Assembly (NCBI GenBank): GCA_001949185.1 | Contig: BDGG01000005.1 | Span: 992,001 to 1,056,000, forward strand | DNA: 64,000 bases | Direction of reading: 5' to 3' | Source: Ramazzottius varieornatus | Taxonomy: Eukaryota; Animalia; Tardigrada | Shown: positions 12,930 through 24,750 of the stretch, in pieces | How the letters are laid out: each line of letters begins with the position of its first letter | How positions within the stretch are numbered: the first letter of the stretch is position 1 | The notes under the pieces: generated by a model | Told to the model about the DNA's origin: nothing | Seen by the model: the letters and a program-made list of their open reading frames with translations, nothing else | Databases searched by the model: none | Translations under genes and position numbers: made by a program

Positions 12930-15900
12930 TCACGTCTCTTCCAGTGCTTTATGTAGAAGACTTCTCGGCGGTTTACTCCGCGATCCTTCAGCAGCTTTCC
13001 GCCTGTTGGTTTCTTGCTGACATTCATACTGGTGGATCTCAGCACAAGCATACCGCAGCAAAGCCAGCGGACTGATGGTCACCGTCAAGTGGTAAACCTT
13101 GTCAGAGTGCAGACAGACGGCGATCAGATCGTCCAAGACAAACATACCCTGAAGTCCTCTGGAGAACTTTCTGTCCTTCCACAACTTCCACGTGGTCTCC
13201 CGTCCGCCCAGCATATGAACCAACAGCGCATATGCGTACTTCTTGATATCATTATCCTTACCCTGAGGACCGAAATACGAAGCGATATTCTCCAGGGCTT
13301 TCGTCTTGATGTAGACGTGGTGGCCAGGTCGAAGCTGTGTTCGATCGGGTGCCGGTGTCCGCCAGTACTCTTGTGCTTCTAACAGGGCTACTGTTTCCGC
13401 CTTGGGTCGTTGGTCCAGTTCAGGGAGGTGCCAGCGCGTTATTCCCTTGTCGTACGGCGCCAACTCATTCTTGTAAAACTCCCGTGCGAAAGCTCGAACC
13501 TTGCTGATCGAAACCACTTCCGGTGCTTTGAACAGCTCCACCACGTGTTCTACAAGCAGGAAAACTAAAGCGAACTATGAACCACAGAAACTGTACATTC
13601 GCTCTTACCAATAATAGCTTCGTTAAGAGACGCATCCAAAACCGCCGGACTTCGTCCCGCCTTTCTTCTTTCCAAAGACATCTTCAAGAACGCTTCTTCC
13701 CCACCAACCGCGTGATGAACCAAGATCTTCAAGTAAACGGTCCAGTCTTTGTTTTTTCTCGAAGACTCCGGTCCCATGTATCGTTGGTACTCGGCCAGCT
13801 TGATCTTATCCATGTAGAATTCCGAGTTGAGCGAAAGGCAAGTTCGATGCGGAGCGGGTGTTGTCCAGTAGTTGTAGCCTGGTTTGGCTGGTGGATCTTC
13901 GGCGCCAGGTACCAATGTGAAAAAGCTTGAAGTACTCTCAGGCGGGAACAGGACAGAAGCCATAACGGTTGTGCATTCGGCAAGGTGAAACTTCGGTGCC
14001 CGGCATAGGTGACAGTCCGTTATGTGTGTCCGGAAATCCGACAGGGACATCTCATCCAAACGGAAAGTTTTCTTGGTCCTCACTATCAACATTTAAACAT
14101 TCGATTATAATTACCAGAGACAAAAAATCTGAGATAGAATTATGTGATTCAAAATATGTGATTATGTGATTCAAAATTATGTGCTCCAGCAAACCTGACC
14201 AGATTGTCATCCAAAGTGGCGCAGTCTTCCACTCCGTACCACTAGATAGGTGCGCCACTTGAAAACACGATCTGGTGGAGACTGTTTGCGGAATGCCGAG
14301 CTTCTATCAATAGCCCATTATTAGTAATTCTTACGGTAGACGGCTTCGACGATATCGTCTCCCAGAAGCGCCATTCCGCCTCTTGTGACATGTTTAAGTC
14401 CTTCTCTGTACACATCCATACCGCCAACCACTTCGGCAATGACTTCCATCCCATACCGGCCATAAGGGTTAGCGGTTTGTACTGTCCCGTCCCGGAATCC
14501 TTTCTCTATCTCCGTGAGCCTTTCCTTACTCACGAAGAAGTCGAAGCCGAAAGCGACTTGAGTTTTCTGCGGGTCGGGGTACGAGTTCTGCTTCAAGTGG
14601 TCTCGAAGGAAAAAATCGGACGGTTTCCGACCGCCCACAACGACGCTTCTTTCGTCTTTGTACGACGCATTCATTTTTGGGCGTAGAGCTGCCAAGGTCG
14701 CCTCACGCACATCTCCCGCTTTATCCAGTGAGAACGAATACTGCATATGCTCTACAACGACGAAAGGAACATTAGTATGAATTACTGCAAATATCAATTA
14801 GGTGACTATCGAAGATGTACCAATAACAGCGTCTACGACCCCGCAAACATGGTCCGTCAATTCTTCCTTCGTGATGGGGCAAGTGCCGCTGGCAGAGTAG
14901 CCGAAGCTTCGGACAATTGTCTCACTTCCGCCCAGCAGATGTTCCCCCAGCGCTCTACCATACTTCACACTCTCATCGAACAGCTCTTCTGCCGTTGTCT
15001 CCGAAAAGTTTGGAAGACCATCGAAAAACCCCTTATCGACGAAGACCGTCTTTGCGCATTTCAGCCTTACTCGATCAGGAGCCGACGACATCCAATACTG
15101 TGATGAGAAGATCGTCCCACCGCAAAGCGGGGAATCTCCTGGTACGGAGAGCTGCCCATCGGAAGCTGTGGGAGCCAGTTGACTACTGTCCGACTGTTGT
15201 CCAGACAGTCTGGTTTCTTTTATTTCTTTCCTCAGTAAGGTCCTCACTGCTTTCCGTCTTCTCCTACGCTTTCTTGGTTCCTCGTCGGCAACAACTGAAT
15301 ATTCGACCGGCTCTTTCGAAGCTTCCTCGCTGTCATCCTCCAGTCGTTTCTTCTTGCTCTTCTTATCAGTAAAGGCTTCCTCCGCTTGTCTCTTCCGGAG
15401 CCGTTTGAAAAGCGAGGGGAACGAGCTCTTCTGAAGTGCAGGCTGCTTTCTGGCTTTGGATTGACGTGCTTCTTCGTACCTGTTCTCCTGGTCTTCGACG
15501 AGATGATCCAGCAAGATCTGAAGGTCCAAAGGCGACGTCAGCGTCGTCTTACCCAGCAGTTCCGTCACGAGTGATGTGTCGGCTTTCTGACCACGAACGC
15601 TGAAGGTAGGGATCATGGAGTAGGCTGATGGGTCGGAGGCATCAGTGCGAAACTGTAGGCACAAACACTCGTTAACGACTGCCGTCTGTTCTTTGTAACC
15701 AAGCCTGTAGACTGTGAGGATTCGGTCCTCCTTCCGCACGTCGTACTTCCATCTGGCGCTTTCTTGTCCCACTTTCGGCACAACCAGCATGACGAAATCC
15801 GCGAAGAGACCAGCTTGCCGGTGGAACTTCTCGTAGTCCAATTCCGAATCGCGGCGGCTTTCCTGTGACGCTTTTGTGTTTGAACAAGGAACAGCACCAG

Positions 15901-17972
15901 CGTCGAGGTCGCAGATGTCAGCCATCAACTCGTCCAGCTCTGCATATCTCTTGTGTCGGTGGCTTTGACTGGTGGCTTTGCGAGCTCTATATTCTTCCAG
16001 TAGAGCAGCAAGACGTGCCTTGGCGTACCGAACGTCCAGAGGTATTTCGAAAATCTACAAACAAAAAACATATGTGGAACCAGTCGTTACGCGTATGACT
16101 CGGGAACGTAGGCAGATGAACTGGACCACAAGAATTTTCCAAGTGGCGCACACTTTCGGCTAACAACAAGGAGAACGTGCGCCACTTGGGACAGCAATCT
16201 GGTTTAGTACGTTCAATCGCGTCAGGTTTTACAAAAAGTTGACGAGGCCCTGCCCGCAACTTCACTCGAGTATTCGGAAAAAAATGGCAAAACTAACGCA
16301 CCGACCAGAATATACTCATCGTAGTAAAAGGACCGGACTTAGCTAGCTTACCGCATCGTCATTTATCCTGTCGACGATATCTCTCCACGCATCGCCAGCT
16401 TGCCTTCCCAGTTCATACTGCAACTTGACAGCTTTCGCCAGCAGAACGTCTTTCTCTAAACTGAATTTACGACGTCTTTTTATTTCGCGGCCAGTGTAGT
16501 CCGTTCTCACATTTCCATCTTGTGAAGCTTCGGTAGATTCTCGTTTCAGGAAAATGGGAGCCATACCCAAAATCTGAGCCAAGTGCTCGTCGAGTTTCCC
16601 ATCTCTGTAAGTGTCATCATCTGACGCACTTGCGTTGCGCGCCTTGAACTGGTTCACGAGAACATCGAAGCGATCTCTCACGGCCCGCACATCAAGAGGC
16701 ATTTCGAAGAGCTGCAAGCAAGAAAATTGCAGCAGAATATCATTTCATATTTTGAGGCCATAAACTTACAGGAATAGCATTCAGTTTAGCCACAATCTCT
16801 TTCCATGCTTCGAACTCGAGTCCCTCCGTTTCGAAATCAGGCCGCGACTTGACAGCTTCTGCCAGCAGAATGTCCTTTTCCAAGTTGAACTTTCGACTTT
16901 TTTTCTCTTCACGACCGGCCTTGTCCACTTTTAAGGCTCTGTTTTCTTCCGGTGCGGCAGAGTTACGTCGGGAGGTACTTGAGTCCACGCCTAAAATTTC
17001 CGCAAGCAGCCGATCTAGCTTCCGGTACTTGTCGTCTTTGACCGAGCGGCCGCCATTCGCTTCGCGAGAACTGAATTCTTTCACAAGAACGTCGAAATGA
17101 TTTCTTACTGCTCGCACATCCAGAGGCGTCTCGAAGAGCTATCAAGATACAAAAAAAACTTGAATAGTTAGTTCGACATCGTTAAGGCCCTCGCAAAGTC
17201 GGACCATCTCATGTTAGTCGGTCACCCCCTGATCTCAGGTGTGAAGTCAAGGGTGACCGATAAGGGCTGAATAGTCCGGCTTAGAAAATTTGCCCTCATT
17301 AAGTACGGAACTCCACTCCGCACTTCCCGGGGCCGGAAAGTGGAAACACCTAAATTTGATAACTAAACTGAACGGTAGACCCCGTGAAAACGCATAAACT
17401 TACGGGGATGTCATTCAGAGCCTCGACGATCTCTTTCCATTCTACGTGTGGCACGTCCGACTCGTAGGGATTATGCGACAACACCGCTTCCGCCAACAGA
17501 ACGTCTTTCTCCAAGCCGAACTTGCGCCGGGTGCTCTTTTCTCGAGCAGAATACTCCAGATGTGCAGCCAAGGAAGCAGAGCTCGGATTCATGTCCACAA
17601 TTTCTGTCATTAACTGGTCCAGCTGGTCGTATTTGTACTGGTCGTCTAAGGATCTTGCATTGGTTGCATCGCGCCTGTTGTACTCCTCCAGCAGAGTGAT
17701 GAACCGCAACTGCACCGCACGAGCATCCAGCGGTCTCTCGAAAAGCTATCATCATGAATAATTACGCCGTTGATCAACATCATGTAATAGACTTTGTAAA
17801 CAGTTAATCAACTTACCTCAATAGCGTTCAGCACCTCGGCAATGTCGTTCCACGCATCGTTCTCTCTGCATCCTCCGTACGGATTCCTCGCCTTGACTTC
17901 TTCCGCCAGTAGGATGTCCTTTTCCAGGTTAAAGCGACGTCGATAGCCCTTTATCGTAGGAGCTGCAGCCAT
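12930..17972 (-). CDS. ~1323-aa putative DNA-binding protein: 4x Myb/SANT-like + middle domain + basic linker + 4x BEN-like repeats ('gene A')
   Basis: Exons 17972-17817, 17745-17404, 17138-16770, 16711-16352, 16054-14821, 14751-14335, 14082-13609 and 13549-12930 all have GT-AG boundaries and compatible phases; total 3972 nt, open frame. Domain names are inferred from motif patterns. Confidence 0.8.
14186..14292. mobile_element. Palindromic mini-element, gene A intron 6
   Basis: Core 14217-14257, 27-nt spacer; arms ccagattg / cgatctgg. Confidence 0.75.
16104..16215. mobile_element. Palindromic mini-element, gene A intron 4
   Basis: Core 16144-16184, 27-nt spacer. Confidence 0.75.
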
Positions 17973-18058
17973 TACGTATACTAAGCTCGGAAAAACGTAA
18001 GCGAAAACTGAAGAGTCGAAGACAACAAAAAAGGTAAGTTCCAAAACGTAATATTATA

Positions 18059-19134
18059 GAGATTGCGAGGACAGGTCAGGTCTCATAAAAAGCCATTCTC
18101 ATTTTCCGGTCTCATGTTTCGCCGGGTCATGGGCCGGCTCGAACACGCTGAAACGCTGCTATTGGTCGGCTTGGAATCCGAGACTTCGATTCTGACATCG
18201 CGCCCGACTGGTCTCATGGAAAACTGAAATTTCAATGAGACCGATTTCTGAGACCGTCCGGTAAATTATCCCCTCTAACTTTTGCGTATCTCTGCGCGTT
18301 CCGGAGCCTGAAGACTACCCCTTTCGTGATTTTGGACCGCAGCGTGCGGTGTCGAACTTCTACAGGGGATTACGACATAACACACACGCATCTAACCTTA
18401 CTTCAGTGGCGCACTTCGAGTTTCACGATGCCCGAGGAATCGCGACTCAAGCTTGGAGATTTGCTATTATCCGTGAACTTCATAGCACCAGGATACTTCC
18501 AGATTACCAGAGGCTAGCAGCCTGGCTAGTCGGCTGACATTCGACGGAGGAGAGTCGCGGTATGACTTTCGGACTGTCATACAACCTCGGTGCTATGAGC
18601 ATTAAGTAACTGCTCAGGATTCGAGCAACCAAGGAGTCTGTGCTGATTCTGCTGCGATATGTGTTCTGCGTTGGTTTGTTTATCCGGGTAGCCAGGCTGA
18701 AGACAGTGGAAATCTCTGCTGAAGTTGCTGAGGTAGAGAAATTTGAACGAGAAAACAGACGTTCCCTGGTGTTGATTTACCAGAAATTGTCTTGCTGTGC
18801 CTCCTTTGACTTCTGTCCTCTTATGCGTATTGTAGCCTCCTTTTTTGTGTCATGAAAAATGTTAAGACTGGAGGCTCTGAGAGAGTCCAAGATGGTCAAA
18901 ACACCATTTACAGATCCAGTTTTTACTTCCGGTCGGCACAGCAATTATTGCGATATGAGAGTGCACAACGTGAGACCGCGAGGCGAAATTCTTCGCATGC
19001 ACAGATACCGACGTCACATTCAACTCTCATGAAGCTTGATTAGGGCGGAGTTGATTTGTTCAAATCTGATACTAGAAACTTAGGGTCGCAAATATGAGGG
19101 CAGTTCATGAGACCAGACGTGTCCTCGCAAACCC
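18059..19134 (+). mobile_element. Non-autonomous TIR DNA transposon, copy 1 (1076 bp)
   Basis: Imperfect TIRs GAGATTGCGAGGACAGGTCAGGTCTCATAAA ... TTCATGAGACCAGACGTGTCCTCGCAAACCC with TATA on both sides, repeated internal GGTCTCAT motifs, and an inverted second copy at 50924-52013. No transposase ORF. Confidence 0.85.
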
Positions 19135-19969
19135 TATATTATGTTGTATGATGTCATGTCAGGCCGAAGCCAAGGAGGAACGTAATGTGACATAAACACT
19201 TCGACAAGCTGCAGCCTGGATTCTGGAATCTGGAATGGCTTTCTCTTGCATCTCCTCAAAGATCAAAATTCTCTCCCTCCTGTTTTCCGATCCCCTCGGT
19301 CGAGAAAGGCTTCTGGACGCCATTCCAGTCCGAAGAAGGACAACGTAGTGGCGCAACAAGTCGCGCAGAAGCACCTGCACTGCACGGATCAGACCCCGAG
19401 ACCAGGGGGAGGATCATAGGGTAATATCGTAATCCACGCCACCCCCTCAGATTTCGCCCCACGATAGCTCATTCGACAGAACTCGACGAGCTGAATCGAA
19501 TGGCTGTATCCGTTTTGGGAAAATGCATTCTGGGAGGACCGCAGACAAGAAGAAAAATGCCTGTGATTAGAGCTTAGGACGCGGCCATCCCCAACCCCCT
19601 TCCCTCACCTAGACGCTCGTTCACCCTTCCCCACCCCCACCATTACCACTTTGGGAAGAGCCCACCGCTGCAACGGAAACGTGTCTTCCGGCAAAACTAA
19701 TTTCTTCCCCCTGACTCCAAAATGTGTTCTACCGGAAAACGAATGCGGCCATTCGACTCAGCTAGTCAAGATCTGTCGAATGAGCTATCAAGGGGTGAAA
19801 TCTGACGGGGTGACGTAGATTACGATTATACCGATCATCGTATGGTAGGATACCTTCGTCGCGCTTCCTGTCATCCTCTCGTTGTAAGCATCTGCAGGCG
19901 CAGCGTGCTCGACTTATCTTCCGATTGTGAACCTTACTGTTGTCGGCAATATGACAGATATCTTGATAG

Positions 19970-22888
19970 CCCTCCACCAACCCACTGGACAAGAATGCTT
20001 TAAAGAAAGGCTCATTGTCCTTCTGGAAGTTTACCCATCCCGACAGGTGATCTCCGTGAATTCTACAGACGGTTAATAATATTGGTCATCAGTCTAACGG
20101 CGGGCCTCATCGATCCTCGATGGATGAAATCTTAACGAAGAAGTCGGGCTGCGCCCTAGAGCCCGGACGAGGAGCGAAGAATATCCGTCCTTCCCTACCG
20201 TTCTCTCACGGATTCCATTCCCACGACATGCACGATGCTGATTTCTTTGCGGACTTTGTCATGCTGTGGTTGTGCCAAAGTTTGGACAAGAGAGCGCCAG
20301 ATGGAAGTACGACGTCCGGAAAGACGAAAGAACGCTGACGGTGTACAGTTTGAGCTATAATGACCAGACCGCTTTCGTCAGTGAATGCTTGCATTTACAG
20401 TATTGTTCGGATTCACTCGACCCGTCTTCCTACTCACTCATCCCCACGTTCATATCCAGAGGACGCCTAACTGAGCCGTCCCTCGTGCTGCGTCTGCTTG
20501 GACGGTCTTCGATCACGTCGCCGATGGACCTTCAGACCGTGCCGGACCATCTGGACAACGAGTGCGAAAACAGATATCGTGTTCGAGAACTCGATGTAGC
20601 GGAAGTGCCGCTGCTGTGTAATCTGCAGGTCGTCCGCAGTGGAAGAAAAAGAAAGCCTGTAAAACATAGGTCGGCAGGGTTTCCGGGTGGGGCTAAGGCC
20701 AAAAAGCGGAAAGTAGGCGAGAAGCCATGTACGAAAGAAGCGCCAGATATGGTTGGAACTCTGTCGACTATCCTGGACATAGCAAAGGATGCAATAGCGG
20801 AAGTGTCCACAGAGTCTCCCCACTCCGTAAGGCGCTTGTCGACAGGACCAGCGCATCCACATTCGGGCGGAACAATCATGTCGTCCCAGTACTGGACGAC
20901 TTGTGCACCCAATCGCGAAAGACTCAACAGCGACAAACCCATCTTTGTCGACGCTGAGTTCATCAATGGGCTGCCGGACGTAGTCAATGTTGCGGAAGCA
21001 TTGTGCTGTGACGAGACTATCAGATATGGGCGGGTGCTGCTTGAGCATCTACTGGGCGGAAGTGGGGCTGTCAGACGAAGCTTCGCTTACTGCTCCAGCG
21101 GTACATGTCCCATAACGAAGGAGGAGCTGACGAAGCACGTCATCAATCAAGTTCTCCAGGCAGTTCTCGGTACATGTGTGACATCTGGAACCCAGTGTCT
21201 CTGCTACGAAATACACGATGTTTTTGTTACTGTTGCAGAGCATATTCAACGCTTGTTTGGGACGGGTAGGACAGAAGACGTTCGCGATACAATCCTGTCC
21301 ATTCTGCAACCGAAAATGACAGCTTCGTACGCTGAATTGCCCACTGTCCTCGCGGTCGGTCGGGTCCCGTCGCACACTTTCCTTCGTCCGCATCTGAAGC
21401 ACAACTCCTACCCAGACCCGAAGAAAACTCAACTCGCACACGGTTTTGACTTTCACGTGAACACGAGAAAGCTCCAAGAGATAGTGAGACGCTACACGGA
21501 GGGAGAGCAGAAGCACCTGAAGAACCGCAATGGCAACTTTGGGATGGACGTGGTTGCGGAGCTGGTTGGCGATCTCGACGTGTAAGGGAAGGACTGAAAC
21601 ATGTCCCGAGAGGCTCGATGGACCTACTCGGCGAAGATATTCCAGAAGCCATTTACCGTAAGCTTCAAATGGTTCCTAAGAGTTTCGTTCGGCTTCTGAT
21701 TGACCGTAACTTCCTTATCCGTTCAGGAAGGGCGAAGAAAGTGTTCGATATGGCCAGCAGCGTTACGTTACCTGATTTCCGAAAGCAGATCGCGGAGTGC
21801 AAACGTTCGCGAGGGAACAAAAGTAACGTCGACGAGGGCGGAAAGGTCATGGCTTCAGTTTTGTTCGATCCAAACCCGAAGGCCTGCTGTGGGCGTATTC
21901 CTGACAGCGATGACCCACCAGCGAAACTTGGGTGCAACTACTGGACGACACCCACCCCACATCGAACCCGCCTCTCGCTCAACTCGTCCTTCTATATGGA
22001 CACGGTCAAGCTGGCCGAGTGCCAACGATACATGGGACCCGAATCTGCCAGCAAGAAGAAAGACTGGCATATATACGCGAGGATGCTGGTACAACACGCA
22101 GCCGGTGGGGAAGCAGCCTTCTTTAGAATATGCCTCGAGAGAAGAAAGGCGCAGCTGAAGCTGAATGTTCTCGACGCTCCCATCAGAGACGCCATCATCG
22201 GTATGGTGAGCTCAAACCGCCGTCTGTAGCATGTACAGCAACCTAACTCACTTCTGTTGATGTTGTAGAACATGTGGTCGACCTGTACAAAGCACCAGAT
22301 GCCGTACCTGACAAACTCGTTCGTCCCTTCGTCCTCAATTTCGTGCATTATGACATAAAGCTGTATGACAAGGGAATAACACGATGGTACTTCCCTGAAC
22401 TGGACCAACGACCCAAGGCGGAAACAGTAGCCCTGTTAGAAGCACAAGAGTACTGGCGGACACCGGCACCCGATCGAACACAGCTTCGACCTGGCCACCA
22501 CGTCTACATCAAGACGAAAGCCCTGGAGAGCATCGCTTCATACTTTGGCCCACAGTCCAAGGAGAACTGTATCAAGCAGTACAGTTGCGCCTTGTTGATG
22601 CACATGTTGGGCGGCATGAAAACTGCCTTCAACCTGTGGCAGGGCAAACAGTTCACCGACGGACTTCGGGGCATGTTCCTGCTGGATGACTTGATTGCCG
22701 TATGCTTACACTCAGATGAGTTGTTTCATCTGGCTGTATCCGTCAGTCCGCAGGCTTGTTTGCAGTTCTCCTCTGTTAGAATGATGCGCCACGGTCGGAA
22801 TGAAGTTAGGAACGAAATATGCGCCGCTAACGGAGGTCGACCTCGAGCGGCCAGAAGCTTGTTTCACTTCGCTCTCGGTGTGTCGTAG
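19970..22888 (+). pseudogene. Frameshifted paralog of gene A ('gene B'): decayed Myb-like exon, middle domain, 4x BEN-like
   Basis: Colinear with gene A and shares its intron positions. Lesions: +2 insertion near 20266 (ATGCTGTGGTTGTG vs ATGCTGGTTGTG), 1-nt deletion near 21585 giving TAA, and a broken PLDKNA..KERLIVLLEVY exon near 19970-20030. Confidence 0.8.
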
Positions 22889-23089
22889 TATACTTCTCTG
22901 ATCTCATATACTGGATGGCGTTTTCTCGTTTTCTCATATACTGAATATGTTAACTGAATATACTGAACTGTAAAATATGTTTTTGTGCTTGCTGCATTTC
23001 GAATATCATAGCCAATTAATTACTTCCGGTTGTCACCGACTCACCGCATGATGCGATAACATACTAATGACTAAGTAGTGGAACCTCTC

Positions 23090-24750
23090 CCATTGATTAG
23101 GAAAAGTTGGTCGTACACATGGGTGGAATCCTTAGCTCGGTTCTTGGTACATTGTTCTGTGTCCTTACGTGATTTAGTGATGGGAAATTTCCATCTTTGT
23201 GCTCTTCTTTGCAGGGCATATGGGGAGCTCATTTCCGTTGGATCTTACGGGGCACCTGTCTAAGGAAGTTATGGTACTGTTAGGGCCCAACATCGACAAG
23301 TCTTATCGAAATCTGAAGGAGCTCAACACGAAGCACCGCCGAGCATCCGACAGCTACCTTCGCAATCATCTGAAGAAGAGCAGTCATTCGAAGAAGGGCA
23401 ATTTTGAAGTCGCTCATGGCTTGGACTTCTTCATCGAGAGCACAAGTATGACGAAATCGAGATTCGGCATAAGGAGAAAGCAGCCAAAGTACACGAGAAG
23501 CCAAAACTCCGCTACTTGCACGCCCGATTTGTCTTTTATGTCATTCTGGAGGTGATCGGAGGAAAGAAGGGATGGGCTGAAGGGGTTCGTGGTTCAATGC
23601 AGGTGTTCGGGAAAGACCTCACGGAAGCTGCTTTCCGTAAGCAACTGCACACTGATCGATGAAGTTCCTCCGAATGATCAGTAAGCTGACAGAAAATTAG
23701 ACTGATTATATATATAGGTTAGTTCCCTTCTTCTTTCCAGAAAGAACGCAGAAAACGCTTAAAGTGGACGAGGACTACACACTTGACGATTTGTCGAAGG
23801 TGTACAGCGAACACTGTCAGGCGCGACTGATACACCCGGAATTTGCGCCAGCTGATGTGGGTGAGCAAGTGATGGCTCCTGTCCCGTCTCTCCGGCTGTT
23901 GCTGAAACATCTGCAGACCCACCACCGGAATATAGGCGCAACTACTGGACCACACCCGCCTCAAATCGAACTCGTCTGTCGCCCAACTCCTCCTTCTCCG
24001 TAGATACGGTGAAGCTGGCCGAGTACCATGGGCCCTGAGTCCGCACGGCAGAAGAAAGACTTTCATCTGTACCTCGTACACTTGGATGCTGTTACGACAC
24101 GGCATCGGTGGGGAAGAGAGGTTCATGCAAAGCCTTCTGCAACTCTGAAAAGCCGGCAAGCTGTACAATGGCCCGATCAATACTGAGGCTCCGCTGGCAG
24201 CTGCCATTCTCGATATGTCAGACCTAGAAACAGGTCGGGAAATTCTGACTTCCAACATGAAACTTTTGTCTGATTTCGCCTACAGCACATTGAGGACCTC
24301 TTCAAAAATCCCGAAAACATTACCACGAAGAAGATGACAGCTTTGGTGGTCGGCATCTGCAAACGGAAACTGATACAAACCGATAAAAGAGTTTCCCGGA
24401 GCTCGATCGACGTCCAAAGCCGAAAGCAGCACTTCTGATGAAAAAACCAAGAATATTGGCGGGAAGCGGTGCCTCATCGAACGCAGCTTCGACCTGGACA
24501 CCATGTCTACATTCGCACAGAGATACTGGAAAGCTTTTCACTCCATTTCGGACAATCTAAAGAAAACCACAACAAGAGATACGCTACTTATTCACATGCT
24601 GTGTGGGCTAGAAACAGCGTGGACGGTGTGGAATGGCAGACAGTTCTCCGACGGTCTTGGGGAATGTTCCTCTGCGATGATTTGATAGCGGTATGTTTGC
24701 ATGCGGATGGTGTCATTAGATTGTTCCTCCGGAGCATGGGATGAACCGGC
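23090..24750 (+). pseudogene. Third, more decayed paralog of gene A ('gene C'), BEN-like region only
   Basis: Fragments YLRNHLKK..EVAHGLDFFIE, NYWTTP..NRTRL, PHRTQLRPGHHVYIRTEILE and GMFLCDDLIAVCLHAD in shifting frames with stops. Confidence 0.8.

Noticed and set aside
14138-14183. Short tandem ATTATGTGATTCAAA repeat in a gene A intron
   Set aside because: Ordinary slippage-type duplication with no other copies seen.
16352-17972. Autonomous Harbinger transposon suggested by the Myb-like repeats
   Set aside because: No DDE transposase ORF or enclosing TIRs found, and the repeats splice into a larger host-like gene.
18326-18537. Near-identical small ORFs at 18326/18349 and 51535/51555
   Set aside because: They lie inside the two transposon copies, in two frames with non-ATG starts; similarity reflects DNA identity, not coding conservation.
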